Origin: Dehalococcoidia bacterium
GTDB lineage: Bacteria > Chloroflexota > Dehalococcoidia > SM23-28-2 > RBG-16-64-32
Direction of reading: 5' to 3'
NCBI GenBank assembly: GCA_034432935.1
Contig: DAOUBD010000012.1
Coordinates: 17,344-81,343 of the forward strand
Length of the DNA: 64,000 nt
Below, piece after piece: positions 17,672 through 26,846 of this stretch. The position numbers and the translations under genes are program-made. The stretch's first letter is position 1. Each line of letters begins with the position of its first letter. The notes beneath the pieces were generated by a model. That model was not told the DNA's origin and searched no databases. It worked only from the letters and a program-made list of their open reading frames with translations.

Positions 17672-18553
17672 ATGAGTTGGACCCAGTGGGAAGAGGTCAC
17701 CGGCGAAGGCATGCAGTTCGATGACATAATCTTCGAGAAGAAGTTCCATCGGGAGCTGGAGGGTGGTGTAGCCCGAATCACTATCAACCGGCCCGAAAAG
17801 TACAACGCCATGACCACCCACACCGTGGACGAGATGTTCCGAGCTTTCTATGACGCTAGCCACGACCCCATGATCGGAGTCATCGTCCTGGCTGGCGCTG
17901 GAGAACACTTCGGCACGGGCGGCGATGTGGAGTGGGAGCAGTGGGGGCTGCGGAGCGCTTTCTACTTTCGCTACCCTCCGAACCGCCTTGTCCGCCTCTC
18001 GCCAAAGCCCGTCATAGCTGCCGTACAAGGGTACTGCATCGGCGGGTCCAATCATCTGGCCTACTGCTGCGACTTCACCATCGCCGCCGACAACGCGATC
18101 TTCGGCCAGGCCGGGCCCCGCGTGTCCAGCCCCGCCGACGGCTACTTCGTGCCCTATCTGGTGCGGGTGGTAGGGGCCAAGAAGGCCCGTGAGATGTGGA
18201 TGCTGTGCCGCCGTTATACGGCTCACGAGGCTCTGGAGATGGGTCTCGTGAATACCGTCGTGCCCCTCCATCGTCTGGCCGATGAGACCGACCGCTGGTG
18301 CGAGGAGCTCCTTTCCGTTAGCCCCGGATGTCTCCAGATCTTGAAGGCCGCCTTCGATCGCGAGATCGATGCGATGCCTGAGATGGGGGTCATCTCTAGC
18401 GAGCTCTATCCGGACTGGTTCGATAGCCCCGAGGGCAAGGAAGGCGGAGCCGCTTTCCTGGAAAAGCGCCGCCCCCGTTTCTGGGCGTTGCGCCGGCAGG
18501 AGATGGAGGCGCGCAGACGGCCGGAGGAAGGGTCGAGCAGCCGCGGCGCCTGA
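17672..18553 (+). CDS. MenB/BadI/Oah-clade crotonase (C-C forming or cleaving; probable ring-opening beta-ketoacyl-CoA hydrolase)
   Basis: ITINRPEKYNA, FGTGGD, FGQAGPRVSSPADG, VVGAKKAREMW, EGKEG.AAFLEKR. Confidence 0.8.
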   Translation: MSWTQWEEVTGEGMQFDDIIFEKKFHRELEGGVARITINRPEKYNAMTTHTVDEMFRAFYDASHDPMIGVIVLAGAGEHFGTGGDVEWEQWGLRSAFYFRYPPNRLVRLSPKPVIAAVQGYCIGGSNHLAYCCDFTIAADNAIFGQAGPRVSSPADGYFVPYLVRVVGAKKAREMWMLCRRYTAHEALEMGLVNTVVPLHRLADETDRWCEELLSVSPGCLQILKAAFDREIDAMPEMGVISSELYPDWFDSPEGKEGGAAFLEKRRPRFWALRRQEMEARRRPEEGSSSRGA

Positions 18554-18559
18554 GGTGGG

Positions 18560-19726
18560 TTATTCGCGAGGCAGGCCCAGACCCCGCTGGGCGATGATAT
18601 TGCGCTGGATCTCGTTCGTCCCGGCGGAGATGCTCCAGTGCACTGTTAACAGATAGAAGAAGCTGAGGCGGCCCTCAACAGGTGCAAGATAGGAGAACTG
18701 TTCTAGGCAGCCACCCAGGCCGAGGATGTTGACGGCCGTGTTGGCAAATCGTTGCGCCAGCTCTGTCGCGTAGGCCTTGGAGAGGGACGCTTCGTACGAG
18801 GGCGTAGCGCCCTGATCCTGGAGCCAGGCAACGCGGTAAGCCAGCCAGCGCCCAACCTCGATCTCCACTGCGTGGCCTGCGAGGCGCATCCTCTGGGCGG
18901 GGCTGATGCTGCCGGGGTGCTCCTTCAAGTAGCCCAGCAGGTCGTCGAACCAGCGGCGGATCGCGCCGATGCGTACGATGCCCGAGCGCTCAAATCCCAG
19001 TGTCGTGGTGGTCACGTACCAGCCTCGGTTCTCCTCTCCCAGCAGGTTTTCCCGGGGCACCACAACGTCTTCGAAGAACGTCTCGTAGAAACCGGACCGG
19101 CCGGTCATTTCGGGGATCGGCCTATAAGTGATCCCCGGTGATCTCATATCGATGAGGAAGTAGGAGATGCCCTTATGCTTCGGCGCTGCGGGGTCCGTGC
19201 GGGCCAAGAGGTGGATCCAATCGGCGTAAGCCGCGCCCGATGTCCAGATCTTGTGGCCGTTGATGACATAACTATCGCCGCGGCGCTCCGCTCGCGTCTG
19301 CACTGATGCTAGGTCGGAGCCAGCGTTGGGTTCGGAGAAACCCTGGCACCAGTAGACCTCGCCGCGAGCAATGGGAGGGAGAAATCGGGCCTTCTGCTCC
19401 GGCGTTCCGTATTGCATGATAGCCGGCCCAACGAGGCTCGTGGCCTGGCCACCTGGCCCTCCGCCGATGGGGGCCCGGAAGTAGGTGCACTCTTCTTTCA
19501 TGATGGCCTGGCGGACGTTGCTGGCTCCCCGCCCCCCGTATTCCCGCGGCCAGGCCAGGGTCAGCCATCCCTTCTGCGCCAGCTTTCTCTCGAAGGCTCG
19601 CTCCGCTTCGTACTCTTCGGGGCTATCTACGCTGGCGTCGCCAGTGCCCCCAGGCCACTCAGCTCGGATAAACTCGCGGATTTCGCGCCGGAAGGCCTCG
19701 TCTTCGGGTGAGAACCGGAAGTCCAC
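18560..19726 (-). CDS. Acyl-CoA dehydrogenase (alpha-type, catalytic Glu present)
   Basis: CQGFSEPNAGSDLAS, INGHKIWTS, LGFER, AGTNEIQRNII. Confidence 0.92.
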   Translation of the reverse strand: MDFRFSPEDEAFRREIREFIRAEWPGGTGDASVDSPEEYEAERAFERKLAQKGWLTLAWPREYGGRGASNVRQAIMKEECTYFRAPIGGGPGGQATSLVGPAIMQYGTPEQKARFLPPIARGEVYWCQGFSEPNAGSDLASVQTRAERRGDSYVINGHKIWTSGAAYADWIHLLARTDPAAPKHKGISYFLIDMRSPGITYRPIPEMTGRSGFYETFFEDVVVPRENLLGEENRGWYVTTTTLGFERSGIVRIGAIRRWFDDLLGYLKEHPGSISPAQRMRLAGHAVEIEVGRWLAYRVAWLQDQGATPSYEASLSKAYATELAQRFANTAVNILGLGGCLEQFSYLAPVEGRLSFFYLLTVHWSISAGTNEIQRNIIAQRGLGLPRE

Positions 19727-19737
19727 GGGGCTGCGCT

Positions 19738-20532
19738 CTAGCGACCCTGGAACCTGGGCTCCCGCTTCTCGGCGAAGGCCTTGACCGCCTCCGCGTGGTC
19801 CCGGCTATATCCCGTGATGGCCTCTAACGCCAAGGATGTGTCCAGCGTGTCCAGCATGGCCCGCAGGACCGTTCGCTGGACCGAGAGCTTGGCCAAGCGG
19901 ATGGCGAGGGTCGCCCCCTTGGCCAGCCGGGCGGCAAAGGCCTGGGCCTCCGCGAGGACCCGGTCGGCGGGCACGACGTGGTTTACCAGTCCGATGCGCT
20001 CGGCCTCCTGGGCAGGCAGCAGATCACCCGTCATTAGGTACTCCTTGGCCCGGGCGGGCCCTATTAGGAGCGGCCAGATGACGGCGCCGCCATCGCCTGG
20101 CACGAGTCCCACCTTTACGTGGGGGTCGCCAATGCGGGCGGTGTCGGCCATGAACACGACGTCACACAGAAGGGCAAGGGTGGCGCCCAGTCCCACGGCG
20201 ACCCCGTTTACCGCCGCGATAACCGGCTTCTCTATGGAGACTAGGTTCATAGCCAACTGCCGCGCCCCGGAATCGAAGATGCCCGCGGGCCGGTCCTCCT
20301 TCCCCTCCGCCATATCCTTTACGTCGCCGCCCGCGCAGAAGGCACGGCCCGCGCCGGTCAGCACCACAGCCTTCACTTGGCGATCCTGCTGGACATTGAG
20401 GAACAGCTCCTCGAGCTCGTGGTGCATCGCCGTGTTGACAGCGTTAAGGGAGTCCGGGCGGTTGAGAGTGAGAGTGGCGACCCCTTCTTCAAGCTCGACC
20501 CGGACGAACTGATAATGACTGTAACCGGACAC
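19738..20532 (-). CDS. Enoyl-CoA hydratase/isomerase with DPH...PGDG motif
   Basis: FCAGGD, EKPVIAAVNG, GDPHVKVGLVPGDGGAVIWP. GTG 20532 follows AGGAGG. Confidence 0.9.
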   Translation of the reverse strand: MSGYSHYQFVRVELEEGVATLTLNRPDSLNAVNTAMHHELEELFLNVQQDRQVKAVVLTGAGRAFCAGGDVKDMAEGKEDRPAGIFDSGARQLAMNLVSIEKPVIAAVNGVAVGLGATLALLCDVVFMADTARIGDPHVKVGLVPGDGGAVIWPLLIGPARAKEYLMTGDLLPAQEAERIGLVNHVVPADRVLAEAQAFAARLAKGATLAIRLAKLSVQRTVLRAMLDTLDTSLALEAITGYSRDHAEAVKAFAEKREPRFQGR

Positions 20533-20560
20533 GTGCCGCACCTCCTGCTTGGAACGGACG

Positions 20561-21781
20561 TTAGATGACCCCATCAGCCCGGAGCTGGGATATCTCATCC
20601 CAGGAGTAGCCGTGCTCCATGAGGACCTCCTCGGTGTGTTGCCCGAACTCCGGGGCCTCGCGCTGGATGCGCATCGGGGTCTGGCTGAAACGGATAGGGT
20701 ATCCGATCACCCTGACACGCCCCGCCGTGGGGTGGTCGAACTCGACGACGTAGTCGTTGGCCAACACCTGGGGATCCTGAAGGACGTCGTAGTAGTCCTG
20801 GACGGGGCAGTAGGCGAAGGGCGCGCCCAGACTCTCGAACCTCTGGACCCACTCGTCCCTTGTCTTGGTCGCCATCTTGTCGTCCAGGATGCGGATCAGC
20901 TCCTCCGCGTGCTCGCGCCGGCCGCCCATGGCCGTGGCAAAACGCGGGTCATCTACCAAATGGTCCAGCTCCAACGCTCGGCAGAAGTCTGGCCAGAACC
21001 TGTCGGCCTGGATCTCCGAGAAGAGGATCCACTTGCCGTCAGCGCATCGGTAGTGGTTCGTTAGGGGGTTCTTCGTCCGGGTTCGGGAGTGCCGCGCCCA
21101 CGATTTTCCCCGGAAGGCCGTCACGCCGATTCCCATCGTTTGAAGGTGCAACATGCTACCCAAGAGGGACGTGTCCACCCTTTGGCTGATACCCAGGCGC
21201 TCCCGAGCCACCAAGGCCGCCAAAATGCCCATGGTGAGGATGGTGGCGCCCATGGTATCGGCGATCCCCGAAACCGTCTGCACCGGCTCTGGGAAATCGC
21301 GGTCTCCCATGCAGAACATGAGGCCGCTGCGGGCCTGGGCCGTCTGGTCGAATCCCCGGCGGTCTGCCCAGGGCCCTTCGGGGCCATAGGTGCTGGAAAC
21401 GGCGTATACCAGGCGCGGGTTCTCCCGTGACAGCGTCTCGTAGTCCACCCGTAGGGTCCGTTGCACCCGCGCCGAGTAGTTCGTGTAGAACACGTCGGCC
21501 TTCTTTACCAGCCGGTAGAGTACCTCCCGCCCGCGCTCGTTCTTGAGATCCAGGGTGACGCTTCGCTGATTGCGGTTGGCGGCCTCGAAGCCGGCGTGGC
21601 GGCCATCGGCGAAGGTCATGGCTTCACCATAGATGGCACCCATGCCGCGGTAGGCGTCCCCCTGGATGGGGTGTTCGATCTTTATGACGTCGGCGCCCAG
21701 GTCCCCCAGCATGTAGCCGGCGCTGGAAGGGGTGAACTGGGACCAGTTGATGACCCGGATGCCTTCTAGGGGACCAGCCAT
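20561..21781 (-). CDS. CaiB/BaiF CoA-transferase (single domain)
   Basis: PLEGIRV, GADVIKIE, NRNQRSVTLDL, GIADTMGA. Confidence 0.92.
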   Translation of the reverse strand: MAGPLEGIRVINWSQFTPSSAGYMLGDLGADVIKIEHPIQGDAYRGMGAIYGEAMTFADGRHAGFEAANRNQRSVTLDLKNERGREVLYRLVKKADVFYTNYSARVQRTLRVDYETLSRENPRLVYAVSSTYGPEGPWADRRGFDQTAQARSGLMFCMGDRDFPEPVQTVSGIADTMGATILTMGILAALVARERLGISQRVDTSLLGSMLHLQTMGIGVTAFRGKSWARHSRTRTKNPLTNHYRCADGKWILFSEIQADRFWPDFCRALELDHLVDDPRFATAMGGRREHAEELIRILDDKMATKTRDEWVQRFESLGAPFAYCPVQDYYDVLQDPQVLANDYVVEFDHPTAGRVRVIGYPIRFSQTPMRIQREAPEFGQHTEEVLMEHGYSWDEISQLRADGVI

Positions 21782-21815
21782 GGCGGCCTTCCCAGGCTCC
21801 CCATGCGCCGCTCCG

Positions 21816-22721
21816 CTACTTGAACCCCAGCTCAGCCCAGCGGGCTTCCCGCTCGGCGAAGGCTTTGGATACGCCCAGCTCTTGGCGGCGCTTCAGAAAG
21901 TTAAAGTCCTCGTCGTCCCACTTCAGGTTGGTGAACAAGGGGTAGGCCAGAGCGCCGGCGTTGAACTGGCCAGGGACGCCGAGGAAGTCTAGCATCAGCA
22001 GGGTGTGGGTCTTGGCGATCATCAGGCCATCGGCTGGGTTGAGGGCCACCGCCTTGGCGTAGCGCATGACCTCGTCTTCCAGCTTGTCATCCGGCACAAC
22101 CGCGTTGACCACACCCCATTCCAACGCCTGTTGGGCGTTGATGGTCTTGCCCGTCAGCTGCCATTCGCGCATTCGCTTGTATCCGAGGGTCATGAGCTGC
22201 ACGAACTGCCAGCCCATGGAGAGCCCCGAGAAGCCGACGCGCTGCTGCCGCTGGCTGAAGAGCGCGCTCTCCGCGGCGATGGCCATGTCGCAACACATGA
22301 GCATGGCCAGACCCACGCCGATGGTCCAGCCGTGGGCCTGACATATGATCGTCTTGGGGCAATACAGGATGGACCTGTACATGCCGTTGAGCCAGGTGAG
22401 GACTGCCCTGACCCTGACCCGCTGGGAAGGCCGGACCCCCGGCGCGCCGCCGTAGGTGTCGTACGGGGCAAGGTGCAGGTCGTCGCCAGAGCAGAAGGAC
22501 TTGCCGGCGCCCCGCAGTATGATGACCTTCACGTCATCGTCTTCCACCGCCATTGCGATCTTGCGGGACACCTCGTTGAACTGGTCCGGAGGGTAGAGGG
22601 CGTTGTGGACGTGGGGACGGTTAAGCGTTATGGCTACGATGTCCTTGGTGAGCTTCTCATATAGGACTGTCTCGTCCAGGGGCTTCTCCAGGACGTACTT
22701 GCTGGCCTCCTGTGTGGTCAC
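21816..22721 (-). CDS. Enoyl-CoA hydratase/isomerase
   Basis: ITLNRP, FCSGDD, PKTIICQAHGW, REWQLTG. GTG start with AGGAGGAG. Confidence 0.88.
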   Translation of the reverse strand: MTTQEASKYVLEKPLDETVLYEKLTKDIVAITLNRPHVHNALYPPDQFNEVSRKIAMAVEDDDVKVIILRGAGKSFCSGDDLHLAPYDTYGGAPGVRPSQRVRVRAVLTWLNGMYRSILYCPKTIICQAHGWTIGVGLAMLMCCDMAIAAESALFSQRQQRVGFSGLSMGWQFVQLMTLGYKRMREWQLTGKTINAQQALEWGVVNAVVPDDKLEDEVMRYAKAVALNPADGLMIAKTHTLLMLDFLGVPGQFNAGALAYPLFTNLKWDDEDFNFLKRRQELGVSKAFAEREARWAELGFK

Positions 22722-22778
22722 TTCTCCTCCTTCTGCGGGGTCTGTAGCGAAGGCGTTGTTGGCCTGGCCGCCTCAATC

Positions 22779-22847
22779 AGTGTGGGCCAGTTTTGCAGGC
22801 CTGTCTGTCGGGTATCACCAGTAGGGCGTGTAGGGCAATACCTTACT
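22779..22847 (-). promoter_or_regulatory. Tandem palindromic operator plus -10 box (site 2 of 7), upstream of the 22721 crotonase operon
   Basis: Minus strand: AGTAAGG-tattg-CCCTACA / CCTACTG-gtgata-CCCGACA / 21 nt / CACACT. Confidence 0.65.
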
Positions 22848-22855
22848 CCGGCGAT

Positions 22856-24139
22856 TCAATCACTGGTTGCATGGATCTGGTCCGCTATCACGCCTTCACG
22901 TTCTAGCTCCTCCACCGTCTCATCGCTCATGCCAAGGATACGCGTCAGGATCTCACGGTTGTGCTGCCCGAAGCACGGGGCGGGCCTCTCCAGGGGCGGC
23001 GCGAGCTGGCCCCGTTCCCAGAGGGATGCGCTCCGCACTTCCCAGCCGAAGACGGGGTGCTTGATCTCACGGAACATTCCCCGGGCGTTCAACTGGGGGT
23101 CACGGCGGAGCTGGCGGTAGTTCAGCACAGCGCCAGCCGGTACGCCTGCTTCTTGGAGCAGCACCTCAACGTCGCGGGCGCAGAGGCCTCGGGTCCATTC
23201 TTCTATGTGTGCATCAAGCTCGTCGTGGCGGCGCCAACGTCCGTCGGCAGTCTTCAGATCCGGGTCTCGGGCCCACTCAGGGCTTCCCATGGCCTCTACC
23301 AACGACTGCCACTCGCCATCGCTCCGGACGGTGATGGCCACCCACTCGTCCTCGCCTAGAGCCCGGTAGACCCCCTGCGGCGCGAAAACGGGGTGGCGAT
23401 TGCCCCGGTGGGGGCGCTCCCTCTGGTTCATCGACCAGTCCGTGAAGGCGGAGCCGATGCCAAAGGAGAGGGCATCCCTTAAGGCGATGTCCCAGTGTGT
23501 CCCCTGGCCCGTCTTTCGCCACCGGCGCACGGCCATCAGCGCAGCAGCCACCCCTGTCAAGGCGCCAACGGGGTCCCCGTAGCTGAAGCCCGTTTTGGCC
23601 GGAGTGGGGTCATTCAGGTACCCGTTCTGGGAGAAGAGCCCACTTGCTACCTCTACGGGGCTGCCCAGGGCCATGGCGTCCCGGTCCGGCAACGTCTGGC
23701 CGTAGCCGGAGAGCGAGATGTAGATGATGTCCGGCTTCACCGCCTTCAGGTCTTCGTACGTTATCCGCAGCTTCTCCTTCACGTGCGGGCGGTGGTTTTC
23801 GACAAAGATGTGAGATCTGGCCACCAGGTCGAGGAGGATCTGGCGGCCCCGAGGATCTCGCAACTCTACCGCAAGACTGAGCTTCCCGCGGTTCCACTCG
23901 TTGAAATGCTGGCTCCTGTTGGAGCGCTCTTGGGGCGTCGCCGCCTGCTGGCGTCCCCTTACACCGCGGTTGACGTCGATCACCGTGCGCATCGGGTCCC
24001 AACTGGAGGGCGATTCTACCTTGATCACCTCGGCTCCCAGATCGTGGAGCATCATGGCCATGTAGGGCCCTGCCCAGTACACGGTCCAGTCCACGACCCG
24101 CAGCCCTGCGAGCGGGAGGTGGCCTGAGCGCCAGTCCAT
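22856..24139 (-). CDS. CaiB/BaiF CoA-transferase, catalytic subunit (BbsF-like)
   Basis: LPLAGLRVVDWT, SYGDPVGA. ATG 24139 overlaps the TGA of the upstream partner (TGATG). Confidence 0.9.
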   Translation of the reverse strand: MDWRSGHLPLAGLRVVDWTVYWAGPYMAMMLHDLGAEVIKVESPSSWDPMRTVIDVNRGVRGRQQAATPQERSNRSQHFNEWNRGKLSLAVELRDPRGRQILLDLVARSHIFVENHRPHVKEKLRITYEDLKAVKPDIIYISLSGYGQTLPDRDAMALGSPVEVASGLFSQNGYLNDPTPAKTGFSYGDPVGALTGVAAALMAVRRWRKTGQGTHWDIALRDALSFGIGSAFTDWSMNQRERPHRGNRHPVFAPQGVYRALGEDEWVAITVRSDGEWQSLVEAMGSPEWARDPDLKTADGRWRRHDELDAHIEEWTRGLCARDVEVLLQEAGVPAGAVLNYRQLRRDPQLNARGMFREIKHPVFGWEVRSASLWERGQLAPPLERPAPCFGQHNREILTRILGMSDETVEELEREGVIADQIHATSD

Positions 24140-25269
24140 CAGCCCGCGGCCTCCCTCACCTGGCCCAAGATCTCGGCGTTGGCCTCCCCGAGAAGTGGCG
24201 CTGGCCTCTGAGGACCAGGGATGTCGGCCTGCCGCCAGAGCGGCCCCAGTATCGACACGTTTCCGGCTGTGGGATGGCGTATCTCCTTTACGAAGCCCCG
24301 GTTCGCCCACTGCTGGCAGCGCAATAGCTCTTGCGGCGTCTCGGCGACGGTAAGAGGATAGCCCTTCTGGGAAAGGGAACGGAGTTCATCGCTGGTCTTG
24401 GAAAGGGTCCAGGCGGTGAGGATCGCCTGGAGCTCGTCGTTGTTCTCCAGACGGCTCGCCTGCGTGGAGAAGCGCTCCTCCTCCAGCTCTGGGATCTGGA
24501 CAGCCTCTTTGAACTGCTCCCAGAGTGCTGGAGCGAAGGCGGATAGGAACACCCATCCATCGGCGCAGGGATATACCCCGTATACCGCCGAAACGTTGAG
24601 CCCAGACCGCTCCGCCATCACGCCGAGGTTGAAGGTGAGGCTTCGGCCCTCCAGGTTGTTGGCCACCACGTCCTGGATGGAAAGGTCGAGATACTCCCCG
24701 CGGGTTGACTCGTCTCGCAATAGGAGGTTCGCCAAGGTGCCGGCGAAAGCCGCCAACCCCGCCTGGTACTCGGTCTGGGCGCCAAAGTTCGAGAGGGGCG
24801 GCCGGCCTGGATCGCCGGTGATCTTGAGCTGGCCTCCCAGCGCTAGGCAGACTAGGTTCGAGCCTTGGTAGTGGCGGTACGGCCCCGTCTGCCCAAACGG
24901 GGTCACCTGCGTCATGAGTAGCGAAGGGAAGCGCTGCCGGAGCGCGTCCCAATCCAGCCCCGCGGGTTCCAGCTCTTCAGACGATAGATCCGTAAGGAAA
25001 ACGTCGGCGGTCTGCAGAAGGGAGAGCACTAGGGAAGCTTCGCTTGGCCAGGGCAGCGTGACCGAGCGCTTGCCGGCGTTGACGTGGATGTGGGCCGCTG
25101 AGGTCTCGAGGTCCGGTCTGTCATCCAAAAAGGGCCCTTCGTGACGCAGGGGGTGCCCCTCCGGCGGTTCCACTAAGATGACCTGGGCCCCGGCGTCGGC
25201 GAAGAGGCGGCCAGCAAACGCCGCCGCCGAGGTACGGGAGAGCTCGACGACTCGAATGTCCTCAAGCAC
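24139..25269 (-). CDS. CaiB/BaiF CoA-transferase, Asp-less partner subunit (BbsE-like)
   Basis: LEDIRVVEL, NAGKRSVTL. AQTEYQAG has Glu in place of the catalytic Asp. Confidence 0.88.
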   Translation of the reverse strand: MLEDIRVVELSRTSAAAFAGRLFADAGAQVILVEPPEGHPLRHEGPFLDDRPDLETSAAHIHVNAGKRSVTLPWPSEASLVLSLLQTADVFLTDLSSEELEPAGLDWDALRQRFPSLLMTQVTPFGQTGPYRHYQGSNLVCLALGGQLKITGDPGRPPLSNFGAQTEYQAGLAAFAGTLANLLLRDESTRGEYLDLSIQDVVANNLEGRSLTFNLGVMAERSGLNVSAVYGVYPCADGWVFLSAFAPALWEQFKEAVQIPELEEERFSTQASRLENNDELQAILTAWTLSKTSDELRSLSQKGYPLTVAETPQELLRCQQWANRGFVKEIRHPTAGNVSILGPLWRQADIPGPQRPAPLLGEANAEILGQVREAAG

Positions 25270-25307
25270 GGTTGGCGATCAAGAGCTGGGGCAACACGGC
25301 ACATCAG

Positions 25308-25336
25308 AATATAGGGGGAAGGCGGCGGCCCGTCAA
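25308..25336 (-). promoter_or_regulatory. Sigma70-type promoter for the leftward CoA-transferase pair
   Basis: Minus strand TTGACG-N17-TATATT. Confidence 0.6.
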
Positions 25337-25375
25337 CGGCTAGGATGTGGGGCTTTGCACGATTTTTCATGCCTC

Positions 25376-25444
25376 TGTAGGGCAAAGCCCTACACGGCTT
25401 GGGGCAGATACCCGACAGCACCCCCTACAAAACGCACATATAAT
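25376..25444 (+). promoter_or_regulatory. Tandem palindromic operator plus -10 box (site 3 of 7), upstream of the 25630 operon
   Basis: TGTAGGG-caaag-CCCTACA / CTTGGGG-cagata-CCCGACA / 21 nt / TATAAT. Confidence 0.8.
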
Positions 25445-25629
25445 CCTCTGTGGGCCTGGCGTGTCCCGATCTCAGGCTCCGGGAGCGGACCAACGCGCAG
25501 CGCTGAGTCCTGCCACCGAACTGTAGAGGATAGAAGTGCAGAATAGCCGCCAACGCCACCTCGGCCAACCCCCAGCGTCGCATGGAGCCGTACGCGAGGT
25601 TCTTGTTTTCCGTCTTCAGGAGGTAACGG

Positions 25630-26805
25630 ATGAACTTTAGGTTCAGCGAAGAGGAAGAGGCGTTCCGCCAGGAGGTGCGTGAGTTCATAGCTAAGGAGAT
25701 GACCGACGAAGTGCGCTCCACCTGGCTGGGAGGCCTCCTCGATACCCCGGCTCGCGTCGACTTCGTGACCAAGATGGCCAGGAAGGGCTGGCTGTCCCAG
25801 GGGTTTCCGGAAGAGTACGGGGGCACCAAGCAGACCATGCCTCTGGCCCAGTACATCCTCAACACAGAGCTCCACATGGCCCAGGCGCCCATAGTCGGCA
25901 AGAATTTGGGTGTCATAGTGAACACCCTCCTGCGCCACGGCAGTGAGAAGCTGAAGAAGGAGTTCATCCCCCGCATCCTACGCAACGAGATCCAGTGGGC
26001 ATTGGCCTATACGGAGCCTGAGGCTGGGTCGGATCTGGCCAACATGCAGTGCCGGGCCGTCCTCGATGGCGATGAGTTCGTCGTCAACGGCATGAAACGG
26101 TTCATTACGTCCGCTCACTTCTGCGATTATCTTTGGACTGGCGTGCGTACAGATCCCAACGCCAAGCCCAAGCAGAAAGGCATCAGCCTCCTAATAATCG
26201 ATGTGAAGACCCCCGGCATAACCATCACGCCCCTCTGGACCATCATCGGCGAGCGCACCAACGACGTCTACTTCGACAACGTTCGCGTTCCCAAAGACAT
26301 GCTCGTGGGAGAGCTGAACGAAGGGTGGCGCTACATAACTGAGGCCCTCACTTATGAACGTTTCACCATGGCCTCCGTCATCCCGACTATCCGCAAGTTC
26401 CAACAGTTCGTCGAATGGGTGAAGACCGCCGAAATCGACGGCAAACGGCTGAAGGATGACCCCGTCGTCCGCCGCAAGATCGCCCATGTCGCGGTGCTGG
26501 TGGAGATGGCCCGCATGCTAGACCTGCGTTGCATCTGCACCGCGGTCAAGCCGGGCTATGTCCCCTACATCGAGGCCATGATGAACAAGATGTGGGGCGG
26601 AATCGTCGAGACCGTGCTGAGCGACACCTTCCTGGATATCCTCGGTCCTTACGGCTACCTGTGGAAAGATAGGGAGCACGCTCCGCTCGACGGCAGTGTC
26701 GTAGACGACTACCTCTGGGCCGGTCACCAGCGCGTCGCAGCTGCTGGCGTCGACCTCTCGAAAAATACCATCGCCCGCCGCTACCTGGGGCTTCCCAGCG
26801 GTTAG
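25630..26805 (+). CDS. Acyl-CoA dehydrogenase, catalytic alpha subunit
   Basis: LAYTEPEAGSDLA, VNGMKRFIT, LTYER. Confidence 0.92.
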   Translation: MNFRFSEEEEAFRQEVREFIAKEMTDEVRSTWLGGLLDTPARVDFVTKMARKGWLSQGFPEEYGGTKQTMPLAQYILNTELHMAQAPIVGKNLGVIVNTLLRHGSEKLKKEFIPRILRNEIQWALAYTEPEAGSDLANMQCRAVLDGDEFVVNGMKRFITSAHFCDYLWTGVRTDPNAKPKQKGISLLIIDVKTPGITITPLWTIIGERTNDVYFDNVRVPKDMLVGELNEGWRYITEALTYERFTMASVIPTIRKFQQFVEWVKTAEIDGKRLKDDPVVRRKIAHVAVLVEMARMLDLRCICTAVKPGYVPYIEAMMNKMWGGIVETVLSDTFLDILGPYGYLWKDREHAPLDGSVVDDYLWAGHQRVAAAGVDLSKNTIARRYLGLPSG

Positions 26806-26846
26806 GTGAACTGCTGGAACCCATGCTGAGATAGGGGTCAACCGTT

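Noticed and set aside
17672-18553. menB (menaquinone biosynthesis)
   Set aside because: The SFDGG-type motif is altered to SPADG and no other men genes are nearby. The context is catabolic.
25445-25629. ~180-nt leader as a riboswitch
   Set aside because: No recognisable aptamer consensus or terminator/antiterminator by eye. An Rfam scan would be needed.
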